This document shows, in pieces, positions 1-12,036 of a DNA stretch of 64,000 nt. Numbering within the stretch: the stretch's first letter is position 1; every line of letters begins with the position of its first letter. Origin of the DNA: Azolla caroliniana (taxonomy: Eukaryota; Plantae; Polypodiophyta); NCBI GenBank assembly GCA_043228905.1, contig JBHGNT010000001.1, positions 20,398,001 through 20,462,000 of the forward strand. The letters are read 5' to 3'. A program made the translations under genes and the position numbers. Below the pieces are notes generated by a model. The model was not told where the DNA came from. It ran no database searches and worked only from the letters and a program-made list of their open reading frames with translations.

Positions 1-366
1 GATCTACAGTGTGACAAAGTTTCGGCATTATTTATTGGGAAGGAAGTTTCCCTTCCCTGTAGATCATTCGGCACTCCTCTACCTGGTGTCCAAGGCGTCA
101 CTCACCGGTAAGTTGGCCCGGTGGACCTTTCTGTTACAGGAATTCGAGTTTGAAATATTCCACCGACTCGGTATAAGCATGCCGTAGCGGATTATTTAAG
201 CCGACTAGAGTCCAGAGAGATGGGCGACGGAGTAGCGGACGAGTTTCCGGATGCGGAGCTGTTTCGAGTCACTACGGAAACGGCAGCAGATGAGACGGTG
301 GCACAGGAAGACAAGTGGCTCACAAATATGCACCAGTTTCTGAGCACATGACTGCCTCCGGAGGAG

Positions 367-1674
367 ATGAACCGGGACGAAAGGAAACGCCTGGCGGTGC
401 AAAGCCGACATTTCTGCTTACTTCGAGACACACTTTACCACAAGGGCGCGGACGACATTTGGAGACGGGCTGTGCGCAACGATGAAAAGGACCTCATACT
501 GAGGGAATCCCACTGCGGAGTTGCCGGAGGTCACTATGCCGGAGATGCGACGGCTAGGAAAATATGGCAAAGTGGCCTATGGTGGCCAACTACATTAAGA
601 GATGTTGTACGGTACGCAAAAGAATGTGACCTATGCCAGCGAATGGGCCAGCCAACGGAGCAAGCTCGGATGCCACACCAGCCTGTACTACCACTCGAAC
701 CATTCCAAAAGTGGGGGCTGGAATTTGTTGGACCGTTCAAACCACCCGCAATGAGAACAGGTAATCGGTACGTCATCGTCGCGACGGATTACTGCACGAA
801 ATGGGTGGAGGCCAAAGCCTTAAGAGACAACACCGCTGCATCAACGACAAAATTTCTATACGAATACATCTGGTGCCGTTACGGATGCCCAATCGAATTA
901 ATAAGCGACCAAGGGGGGCACTTTCTCGGCCAAGTAGTTGAAAGCCAGACGACATTCTATGCCGTTGTCCATAAATGGAGCACACCGTACTATCCGCAAG
1001 CAAACGGGTTAGCTGAGTCGACGAACAAAACGCTCCAGAATATCCTCTGGAAGATCGTCAACAAAAACCGAACGGATTGGGATACCAAGCTACATAGCGC
1101 GCTTTGGGCATACCGGACAGCATACAAAATGAGCATCCAAACAACACCGTTCCGGTTAGCGTTCGGACTAGAGGCGGTCATGTCGGTGGAATTCCAAGTA
1201 CCAAGCTTACGGATCCAGCTACGGGAACGGCTGAACGAGAAGGAGTCAGAGGCAATACGCTTAACAACGTTGTGTGAACTCGAGGAACAACGACTGGCAA
1301 GCATCCTGCACTTAGAATTGGAACAACGGTGACGGAAAGCATTTGTCGACCGACACAAGAAAGGAAATGAAAAAATGTTCGCAATCAGCAAGCCTGTGTT
1401 AGTATTCCAGACCCGGATGGGCAAGATGCCGGGTAAACTATGGTTTAGATGGACCGGCCCGTATTGGCTGACACGTGAGTATAATGGGTCCTACCAGTTT
1501 GGGACACTTGTCGGTGAAGTGCTAGGCAAATGGGTCAACAGATTCAGATTGAAGCCATATAGAGGACCGATGCCCAAGAACCTATTTGAGCAAAGGACCG
1601 ACACCGGATTGGGAACCGGTGCGGAAACGGCAACCTGTGAGGGAAACGTAATGAGGCCGGTAAGAGTCCGATAG
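367..1674 (+). pseudogene. Gypsy integrase (zinc-binding region, DDE core, C-terminal GPY motif), broken by an in-frame stop
   Basis: HCGVAGGH...CDLC, ISDQGGHF, YYPQANGLAE, then RWTGPY in ORF 1375..1674. TGA at 1330 lies in the same frame. Confidence 0.9.
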
Positions 1675-2062
1675 GACCAACGGACAAGTAACCTCACATA
1701 GTCTACATTTAAATAAAAAAAAAGAAGCGAAGTAATCATGCAAAAACGAGGTATGAACGAACAAGAGAGCGAGGAGCGAAAAGGTACGTAGTGGGCATTT
1801 AAGCGCCGCCACAGGACATAATGCTATTTTAGTACACGACGTGCACACGCTCGAAAAAGGTGCCAGAATGCACAGAGAAAAACCACAGCGCATGGAGACC
1901 TTATACTTTCGCGAACCCAGGAGCACAGAAGCACCAAGGCGTTGGAAGATCACCAGATGAGAACCTACCCACAGAGAACCCCCGCTTTCTGAACTCTCTC
2001 TCTCTCACTCTCACTCTCATCACCATCCAACCTCGCCACCACAATCCGACCTCGACACAGAC

Positions 2063-4534
2063 ATGGACCCGCAAACGTTGTCGGAAGCCGCCAAGAAATG
2101 GCTAAAGCAACACGGGCTCGAGGGCTTCTTGACGATTATGGAGGCACCGCCACACAAAGAAGCCGACAAGGTGATCAAAGAAATCGACACAGAGGTCATA
2201 ACGGATGAGGCGATCCGTGCGTTAACAGGCCTTCTGGAGGGAGGCATATTCACGATTGACAATCCGACCTCGGAGCAACTCATCAAGTATTTTGGGGAGT
2301 ACTCCCTAGCCAGCAAGGGCTACCGGACACAGGGCGGCGGAGATATGTTGTTCCGCGAGATTGCCCGTGTGCTCCACGAATACGGCCATGTGTACCCTAG
2401 ACCCCTGTCATGTCGCAGAACCGGGCAGGGATGATCATCGCCACCTACGAAGGGATCAAGGTGGATTGGCCGGTATTGATCGCAAACGGTTTGTGTGCGG
2501 CGATCGAGATCGTCAAAGGAAAAGATGGCAAAGAAGGCCGAGACGGACGGAGGATATGGCACGCAGTAACACAATGGCTCACCTTGCTTATGCCACTCGT
2601 CCAGCCCGTCCAGCCCAAGAAGCGGGGAAGAGTGGCGGACGGCACCCCAAAGACTGCTTCCAAAAGACAATAGATGTTGGCCTCTAAGGCCACTAAGGGG
2701 AAGGCGGCGGACGCAGAACAGGCGGGGAAGGAGAGCGCCAGCCGGAAGCGGCCAACGGAGGCGCAGGAGGAACCACCGGTACGGCCCGTAAAGATCACAC
2801 TCCGCCAACTGGTGAATAGAGAAGCGGACCCCTTGGCGGCGAAACTCAATGCCGGGACTCAGGAGGAGGAAATAGAGGAGGAGCCTACGAAACACCCCCA
2901 GCGACGGTCGTCGGCAAGGACCGTTGAGGCAGCCGGGAAACGTTCGGACCCTCAGACGGAGGGAACACCGGCTCCCCATACTGAGACTCCCACGCCAAGG
3001 GAGGAACCGGAACCGGTGCGCATGGCACCGGAATTAGAAGCCCCTGCACCACCGCAGCATCGGCAAGTCCCATTCCGCTAGAGCCGGAAAGGTCAATGCA
3101 GCCTCCCTTGGCCAACCAAGAAGAGGCGCAAGGGGAACCAGGACAACAGGGTGGTTCACGGGCAGAAACGGAATTGCAACTCGGCGCAATAAGGCGGGAC
3201 CACCCACCCACAAGCGAGCCCATCCGTCAAACCTCCGTGCAAGTGCAACAACAATGCACCGGTAGCCTGTGGCTCCGGTGGATAGGCGAACAGATTGTCG
3301 GAGCAGTGGGGTATATTGAGGCAGAAGAAAGAGCGCAAAGCGAAAGGTTGCTCGTCACAACCGAACAACTAGAGACGGCCCGGTCCAGAATCCGGTGCCT
3401 TGAAAAAGACTTGGATCAGGTCACGTAGAAATGGCCAAAATGGCCTTAACGGCAACACAGATCCAAGCATCGGTGACTCCGGTAAGTGTACAGAGTAAAG
3501 AAACAGACAAACATGTACATACTAATAAGACCCCGGCAACGGAAACCGTTCCAGAGAGAGATGCGGCGCAAGCCCAGGAGCTTGCAGAATTGAGAGATGA
3601 GCTGGCTGCACAAGAAGTGCTAAGGAGCCGTGAACGGGAATTGAAGACAGCGGCCGAAGCAGAATTAAAGAAGACTGTTGAGAACCTCCGCCGGGCAGAG
3701 GAGAGCCTCCGGAAAGGCCATCAAGCTTACGACCGGCTAAGGGAGGAAAAAGACAAAGTGCTGCAGGAAAAGGACAAGCTACGGAAGACGGCGGAAACGG
3801 AAATTGAACGGCTAAAGGAGGAGCTCCGCCAGCAGAAGGACCGCGAGGACCGGGCCCGTCCACAGATCAACGGACGGCTCAAGAAAAAGACAGATGATTT
3901 TGAGCACCTACACCGGGACTACAAACGGCTGCAAACGGAGCATAAGGAACGGATGGCCAAGCTCCGACAGAAAGTTGATCAGGCCGCGACGGCGCTCGCC
4001 GACGAACGAGCGGAAAATACAAGACAGTTGGACGAGGCGGAGAAGGTCCGGATGGAGCTCCAAAGGCAGCAACAGGAAGAAAGGGAGAGAGTGTCAACGG
4101 TATTGCAAAAATTACAAAGCACATATCAAGGGCAATTGACGCATTACAAGGAGCAGGCGGAAGACAACGTCAAAATCATCAAGCAATTGAAGGAGGAATG
4201 GCAAGCTGCGGAGATCAAATCGCAGATGGGAACGGGCCGGATTCAGTGCATCCTCCGGGAATGGCTGAATCAGACAAAACGCTTGATTAACGAAAGCTCC
4301 GTAAGATGGTGGACAAAATGGGCACAAAATACGACGGAACTCCAATTGCTACAGGCAGACGTGGAAAACCGGCGGAAGGAAGGAGAAGATTGTTACACGT
4401 TGACTTCCGAGGACTTCACCGCCATACGGGACGAGCTGGCTGAAGACTTCCAAGTCCTGGCGGATGAACAATTGGTGCAGGTCCGGCAACTCGTAGGTCA
4501 GCTAGACGATGATAGGCTGGACGCTCAAATCTAG
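2063..4534 (+). pseudogene. Extra ORF(s) between integrase and the 3' LTR: globular N-terminus, Pro/Glu-rich linker and long predicted coiled coil
   Basis: Successive ORFs 2063..2434, 2410..2673, 2674..3081, 3096..3428 and 3431..4534. The last is E/K/R/Q/L-rich with heptad-like character. Function unknown. Confidence 0.65.
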
Positions 4535-4925
4535 TTTGAGAGCTACGAGCGGTCCCGGGTTCGAGAAGAAAAAGCACGGGAAGCAGCAACGGTTAACCTT
4601 AGTGATGAGGAACCGTCGCCGAACGAGGGCCAGGCCGGAACCAATCAACCGGAGACCACTACGACGGAGAGAGCAACGACGGAAACGCCGGTGTCAGAGC
4701 AACAAACGGAGGAGCAGCCGCAACAGCCACCAACGGAGCAGTCGCAGCAGCCATCAACGGGGCAGAAAGAGCAGCAGCAACAACCACAACAACAACAACA
4801 GCAACCAATTCCAGATGAACCATTGGAGATTCTCGAACAAAGAATTCTGGATATTTTGGACGAAGAATAGCAAGGGTCGGATGGTGGATTCGACGTACAA
4901 GGTATTGTCCCACGGGCGTGCCATC

Positions 4926-5359
4926 TGTTACCGGCCGGCAAAGGAGTCCAGAGTGTGAAACGAAGGAGTTATTTAATTATTAAGGAATGGTTGTAAGTAA
5001 GCTATTAGTGTGGATGGACGGACTGGAATCGGTATGCCGTTCCGGATCCGGACCGATCCCGAACAGGTGCGGATGGCACCGTTTTGTACTACAAACCGGA
5101 AACCTATTTAAAGGCCCGGATACAATGTAATGAGCAGCGGTTAATTAATGAAGCTTAGTGTTTTATCTCTCTGTGTTAATTGCCGTTCTGCATTCATTGT
5201 TTTATCTTACGCGTGTGATTATTAAAGACGATCTTGCTAAGTAACCTAATTAAGTCGGATTAATCGTTGAGCCTAATCCTCTTGTCATAACACCCCTTTG
5301 GTGAAGTGTCTTCCGTAGACACCCTGTGTTAGGCCATTGTCCGGCCCTAAGAGTTAACA
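4926..5359 (+). repeat. 3' LTR of element A
   Basis: TGTTACCGG...GAGTTAACA, same sequence as 55630-56063 and 60850-61283. Confidence 0.92.
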
Positions 5360-5449
5360 CACTCTCATTTAATGCTCACACTTATCCATGTGTATAGAAT
5401 ACTACGATCAATTCTCACCACAGGATATTTTATGGTCATGCCCGTAACA
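5360..5449 (-). repeat. Partial LTR of the C family, interrupted on the left by element A
   Basis: Similar to 6070-6155 and ends CCCGTAACA. No PPT flanks it. Confidence 0.75.
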
Positions 5450-5485
5450 ACTCCATTAGCAGATGCCCGATTCTGGAGGTAGACG

Positions 5486-6155
5486 TGTTAGAGAGATGCT
5501 CTAGCATAAGCATATGATAAGGATAAAATATAGATAAACATAAGAGAGGAGAGAGAGAAAGAAGGGTGCCGATCCACCCGACCACCCCCGAGATGGACTC
5601 GAGCCTCGATTGGCGTCCCATACCACCTCCGTGGCGTCGAGTCGTACCTGGTGTTGGCGCGCTCACGTGACGTAGTCAAAAGATGATGAAATGAGGGTAG
5701 CTAGGCTTCATATTTATTGCGATACCCAAGGCCCCTAGGCAAGTTTACACTTGGCCTAATGGGTTGGCTAGAGAGATGCTCTAACATAAGCATATGATAA
5801 GGATAAAATATAGATAAACATAAGAGAGGAGAGAGACAAAGAAGGGTGCCGATCCACCCGACCACCCCCAAGATGGACTCGAGCCTCGATTGGCGTCCCA
5901 TACCACCTTCGTGGCGTCGAGTCGTACCTGGTGTTGGGGGCGCTCACGTGACATAGTCAAAAGATGATGAAATGAGGGTAGTTGGCTTCATATTTATTGC
6001 GATACCCAAGGCCCCTAGGCAAGTTTACACTTGGCCTAAAGGGTTGTCTCAATCCCGAGGATTAAAAATTTCATTTAACCCTCACACTTATGTATGTGTA
6101 TAGAATACTACGGTAAATTCTCACCACAGGATATTATATGCTCATGCCCATAACA
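5486..6155 (-). repeat. 3' LTR of chromovirus C, with an internal ~280-bp tandem duplication
   Basis: TGTTA...TAACA ends. PPT (AAAGAGGGGGAGTA on minus) is at 6156-6169. Repeat units start at 5489 and 5769. Confidence 0.85.
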
Positions 6156-6159
6156 TACT

Positions 6160-7872
6160 CCCCCTCTTTAAAACATTGCATTCTTGCAATGGAAAGTTAG
6201 GGAAGTTAGTTCTAAGAGTATTTTCACGTTCCCATGTGGCATCTTTGATAGATTTATCCATCCATTTAATTTTAAATTCTCGGATTATTTTAGTACGTAG
6301 ATTTTTTGTTTTAAAATCGAGAATTTGTTCTGGTACATGTGGTTTAGAAGATAATTCTTCAAAAGTAACCAGAGTTTCAGTTGTAACTGTATTGTCGCTA
6401 GAACCTAGAAGTTCTTTTATGCAAAAACGCGCACTATCTTAAGCTATTTTTATGTTATCTTGTGCAATATGCAACATATCTTGCATATCCCGAAGAAAGT
6501 TTTGCGTACTTTGTAACTCATCATGATGTATACTAACATCAATCAGGGCTCGTGGTTGAAAAACATACATCACCATAAAAGGACTATATCCCGTCAACGT
6601 ATGCTTGGAGCTGTTAAAAGAAAACTCCAAAATTGGGAGATAACGTTCCCATTTTGTTGGTTTTGCACCAACGTATGCTCGAAGCATGTGCTCAATAATT
6701 TGATTTACTAGTTCTGTCTGTCAATCGGATTGAGGATGATTTGTGGAGCTCATGCTCAACGTAGTTTCTAACTTCTTAAAGACCTGCGTCCAGAAGTCAC
6801 TAGTAAATTTTGAATCTCAATCACTCACAATATCTATTGGTAACCCATAAAAACAAAATAACTCATCAACGAATTGGTAAGCCAATTCAGGTGTTGTTAC
6901 CGTGGTTTTAATAGCAATAAATTTGGCCATTTTAGTTAGTCTATGAACCAAAACCCAGATGGCATCATGGCCTTTTCGGGTGCGAGGAAGGCTAACAATA
7001 AAATCCTTGGATATACTTTCCCACTTATTATTGGGAATGTCCATGTATATACGTTGTTAACCTGACATTGTTGACATTTGGTCACATAGCTATGTATGTC
7101 AAGACGCATCTTACGCCAATAGAATTGAGTGGAGATGAGAACGAGTGTACTATGTATTTCAGGGTGCCTTGCTGAGGGTGCATCATGGCATTAAAAAAGA
7201 ATTCTATTTTTGAACTCAGGCAAATCTGGAACACAAACATTCCCATTACGGTAGAGCAGACCGTTAGCAATGTGGAAGGATTCCTTCGAGGATGTGGTGG
7301 TGTTTGTTCCAGACTCAACTCTTGCCCAGTATTTCGTAAAATGACTGTCATCAAGATACTTTCCTCGAAGGTGATCATAAAGATCTGATGTTATTTCCGT
7401 GAAGCTAAGCATGTTAACTTCACGGATGCGACTTCGTGAATCAACGACACTATTCATGGAACCTTAAGGATATTGTGAAGTCCTGGATGAGATCATCCCA
7501 TCGTACCTTACGACCTTTCAGGTCTTGTTGGTCACCAAAATATTTCAAGGACTCATGGTCCGTAGTTACCAAAAAACGATTTCCATAAAGATAATGGTGC
7601 CATGTTTTGAGCGCATGTATAATTGTAAATAATTCCTTTTCTTGAATCGTATACCGGCATTGAGCAGAATCAAATTTCTTACTGTCGAATGTTATTTGTT
7701 TACCATCTTGATATAAGACAACACCTATAGCATAATCGGTTGCATTGTTTTCAACTTCAAAAGATTTTAAAGGATTAGGTAAAAGAAGCGAAGGATCCTT
7801 GCACACTAGGTCCTTGAGTTCCTTAAAGGCGACGTCTAGTGTAGCATTCCACACAATAGGTTTTGTAGACTT
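6160..7872 (-). pseudogene. Element C pol 3' half: RNase H, integrase and chromodomain (degenerate)
   Basis: ORFs 7450..7854 (DYAIGVVL, EKELF, TDHESL), 6817..7044 and 6439..6687. Minus translation at ~6200-6335 gives PEQILDFK..REFKIKWMDKSIKDATWE. Confidence 0.88.
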
Positions 7873-7876
7873 ACGC

Positions 7877-8687
7877 TATCGTAGTGTAATTTGCACACTA
7901 CATGAAAATTGTATTTTGTCCCTCTGGATGGGACAAGGAGGAATTGGTAAGGAGTACCCAGTAAGGAGAACTGGTAAAAACCGGATCAAGCAGAACCGGC
8001 AAGAGCCGGATAAAGAAGGCCGGTGAGAGTCTCTCACCGGATGAAGTGACAAATTTGTAAATAGAAGAAAAGATTGTTACATGCATAAGTACCTCCACAT
8101 ATACAAACCCCAACCTTACTATTGTACTAACTTATCCTAACTATGCTAAATAAAGATTTAATACGTATAAGACCTTTATTTACACCTACCTTTATTAAAA
8201 GGTAAGTCATGCATTTTTAGAATGCGTGAATACTTTATTTATAAGAAAAATGTACACCGATAAAAAATTACTCATGCATATCTAGCGAGCATGAGCACTA
8301 TATTTAGGAAATAAAAGGATAGTGTAAAAAGCAACTCATGCACATTTAGTGTGCATGAACACTTTAGAAAAAGCACAAAGCTATGCTTAGCCTCTTCCAT
8401 CCTTATATAAGGAGGAGAGAAAGATGTATCAGGCTGTTGATTATTTTACAAGGATTGATCAATCTAATATATTTGTGGGACTCACGAGTTTATCATCAAA
8501 ATTCTCTTTCTTACAATCTAAATATTGATTAAATACGTTAAACTCGTGGAATTCATGAGATTCATAACTTACCACTCTTTCTACCTATTCATTACTAGCC
8601 TTATCTCATATTCTTCTTTCTCCTAGTCCAAAACCTTAGTGGTTCCCACCCGACTCACGCAACAATCCGGAGCCGAAAGGCATGACA
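7877..8687 (+). repeat. 5' LTR of D
   Basis: TATCGTAGTG (TG mutated)...CATGACA, homologous to 37008-37849. Confidence 0.9.
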
Positions 8688-8726
8688 CAAGTGGTGAACC
8701 TAACGTGAAACCGGGTGGCAAGGAGA

Positions 8727-9914
8727 TGGAAAATCAACCGGGGGCTAACAACATGATGGTGATGTTTGAGAGGATGCTACAAGAAAAACCGTGATGTCGA
8801 AGATTGCGGCGGCAGTAGAGTGGCTCATGCAATGGAACGGGCAATTCAACAGGAAAGACGTGTCGCGATATTTGCGAGATTACAAGGCGGAAATGTTATG
8901 GTGGGGGATTTCGGAAGAACTACTAGTGACATCCTTGAACCGGGTGGCGACCGACGGGCTTCGAAGGAGTATCCACGGGATACGGCAGCAAAATCCGACA
9001 TGGAAGGCATTTGAAGAGGCGCTAAAGACCACGTTCGCCATCGAGGAATCCTCCAAGGCAACGAGGAGGGGATTCGAAGATTGGGTGGAAACAATGGATA
9101 AGGGGATGAAGGTCCTCGATGTGTTTTCGTCATTCTAAAGTCGGTTCGGGAGGTTGTCTGTGAGAGATCAAGCTATCCTCGCATTGGACAAAGTGATCAT
9201 TTTCCTTCAAGCCGTGGAGATCTGGAACCAGAAAGATCTTGGAGTGGTTTTGGAGGATACAACCACTGAGAGTGGCCTCACCGAAAATGGGAAAGCGTGC
9301 GGGATATCGTCGCGCGTAACACGAAGAGGGGGCAATGGCTTTGGTAGCGAAGAAAAGAGGGTTTCAGAACCGATTCCGAAACCGAGATCCAGATTGGAAG
9401 ACCATCAACCGAGGGCTTGGGAGACTACGACGGAGAAGGGAATTGATGCAACCACAGTGGAGCAGTTGGTGAAAGAAATGGAGAATCTGAAAATCGCGAT
9501 GGTAAAGAAGTCAGATGACCGTACCACAAGCTCCAAGTATATGGATCGTCGGTGCATATGGTGCGATAGCACCGAACATGATTGGAGGGATTGGGACGAG
9601 CACAAGCAGGCGTTACGACGGGATCTTATCTACTACGAGGGAAATCGGATCCATTCGATGGACTCTCGGAAGCCACTCCGACCGAACTTCTGGAAAGGCG
9701 GCATGAAGAAGGTCCTAGAGGAGGAGATCGCAGCGAAGAACAATTATGCGACAACTGCGAGAATATGTGTGGGGCAGTCATCTGGAGCAAAGGCGTCTTT
9801 TTGGCCGGAAGTGCTAGAAACTTTGAAGAAAGTCGACCATGATGAAATTTGAAGCGCGGCGGAATGTATCCGGGAAGCTACGGGATGGGAGTGCCCCGTA
9901 GATAAGAATAGCGT
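8727..9914 (+). pseudogene. Gag of D (degenerate), with zinc-knuckle remnant
   Basis: ORFs 8791..9138 and 9154..9852 are homologous to G gag. CIWCDSTEH knuckle. The frame resumes at 32629 after F. Confidence 0.85.
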
Positions 9915-10046
9915 TGTCATGATGTGGCGTGTTTAATGTGAGAAAAAATGAAAAATTGAGGATACCTTCACATTACACAAATACTTGTAAAAATGTAAAT
10001 AATAATAAATAAACCTAGGACATGATGGCACATAGTGCATATTGAG

Positions 10047-10115
10047 GGTTGGAAGTAGGATTTGAACCTTGCACGTCTAAAATAAGAAGCAATTATCATT
10101 CCACTAAAGCTACTA
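10047..10115 (-). promoter_or_regulatory. tRNA-like Pol III A-box/B-box cassette in the F LTR
   Basis: Minus strand TAGCTTTAGTGG (10112-10101) and GGTTCAAATCC (10068-10058), 44 nt apart. A degraded copy lies at ~25106-25174. Confidence 0.6.
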
Positions 10116-10861
10116 CTACATGCTTTACATTTTGTATATTTTCTTTTCATATTCAATATTTCATAGGTAGCAAACAGTCAAAACTGTATACACAAAACCA
10201 TGGTTTTTAGCCCATGGTTTTGTGCATGTCATAAGCAAAACCGTGTGCACAAAGCCATGGTTTTAGCCCATGGTTTTGTGCATGTCACAAGCATGGAGAG
10301 ACCTATAAAAGCCTCTAGTAAGGCTTGTTGAGTGATAAGCTCAACATTCAGTGCATAATACGGTGCGGTGCGTAACCCAATGCGTAGACTGGGTGCGTAA
10401 AATAGTACGCATAACGTGGTCGTATCGGTGCGTAAACTGGAAGGTCGTTAGTATGGTATTCCTTGTAAGGAATAATTTTGGGAGTTAGTGTAGCAGGCTC
10501 ATTTATGAGCATTCAAGTACTATCAGTACTTGTGTGAGCCCAATAGTTAGGGTTTGTATATAAGGTGCTCACTGAGCACGAAGTATGTACAGAACAGAGC
10601 ATTATTTTTGAATCTGAGTTTCTGTTATTTGCTCACTCTGTCTCTCCCTCTCCATATCCATCTCTGCGTTTTCAATGTTTTACCGAACTGTCTTATTCTC
10701 CTGAACTGTGCACTCTTTGTCTTACGCACACGCTTCCGCACAACATATTCTTTTACATGGTATCAGAGCGCGAGGGTTGAGAACCTCTGCATCCGACAAG
10801 AAAAGTTTGTGACGAAACAGAGTTGAAGTTGTTCGCTTTTCGAGAAGAAAAAGACAGTACT

Positions 10862-12036
10862 ATGGACAGAGGAATGGGAAGCTCACTTCCGACTGAAAAG
10901 CTTGACAGAAGCTACTACGCATCTTGGTCTTACAAGGTGCACCAGTACCTACTTGGCCATGGCTACTGGAGTTATGTCGAAGGAGCAAACGATGTGGCAC
11001 CCGACTCCACACAGAGGGACTATCCGGCTTCGGAACAAGTGGCAAGCAGAGTGTTGCACTGCTTCGCGTTCTGTGTGAGCGATCAACTTTTGGGCTATAT
11101 TCGGGATGCCAAGATGCCTAAGGACGCATCGGCGAATCTCAAGAGGATTTTCGCCGCCAACACAATGGCTAGAAAGCTGCCACTCAGACAGGAGCTTAGC
11201 AATGTACAACAAAGAGATATGTCGGTGGCTGATTACACCACCGAAGACCAAAGAAATCTGCGACTCTCTCGCCTCCGTCAACGTGAACGTCGAGGAAGAT
11301 GAAATGGTGCAGGTTTTTCTTGGTGGCTTGGCGTCAAAGTTTAGACCTCTCCGAACGGCGGTCTGCACGAGGGAGATTACGCCTTAGTTTTTCGAGCTTC
11401 AGGCAATGTTGCTCATAGAAGAAAACCACGCACGTGCATCGACGAGTGTGCACGCCGATGGCAAGTTGGTTTACACAGGGGATGATAGGCCCTATGGTCG
11501 TGGTCAATGAGGCGTATTAGCGCGCAATGGGGGTGGCCGAAAAGAGCAGAATGTATGGTATAATAGAGATGCCGGAAGCAATTCTGAACCCTCCGCAAGC
11601 AGGGGGAGTCATGGCTGTGCTGGAAGACGGCAAGAGAAGACCGCGCCGGATTGCTGGTACTGTGGCAAGAAAGGCCACAAGTAGAGCGAGTGCTGGAAAA
11701 AGCGAGCCAATTCGGACAAAGCTAGATCGAGCCGAAGAGACGCAGACAGGCATCAAAGATCACACCACGCAGAAGACTCTAAACGACCTTTGTAATGAAG
11801 CATAAAGTCAATTTAATGGCCGTGAACACCTCAAAATCAAGCAAGGTGTGCTATGTTGATTCCAGGGTGTCAAATCATATGATGAAGCACGAGGAATGGT
11901 TCTCGTACTTGGAGAAGCCGGAATCACGAGGGGTTGTCGAAATGGGAGATGACACCCCGCATACCATCGAACATGTCGCCGAAGTTCCCCTCAGCCACAT
12001 CGGGCAGAAAGGGAAGCTAATGAACGTATTGCACAT
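10862..12036 (+). pseudogene. H gag and protease (5' part)
   Basis: EKLDRSYYASW gag start, CWYCGKKGH knuckle (~11653) and YVDSRVSNHM protease motif. Contains frameshifts. Confidence 0.85.

Larger units (their letters stand above)
1..5359 (+). mobile_element. Element A: 3' part of a non-chromovirus Ty3/gypsy retrotransposon (RNase H end, integrase, extra ORF region, 3' LTR)
   Basis: Integrase motifs in ORF 367..1332. The LTR at 4926-5359 matches both LTRs of element B, and 1-630 is near-identical to 59881-60509. Confidence 0.9.

Noticed and set aside
3431-4534. Envelope gene, or host SMC/myosin gene
   Set aside because: No signal peptide or transmembrane segment and no ATPase motifs. It is a generic coiled coil inside the element.
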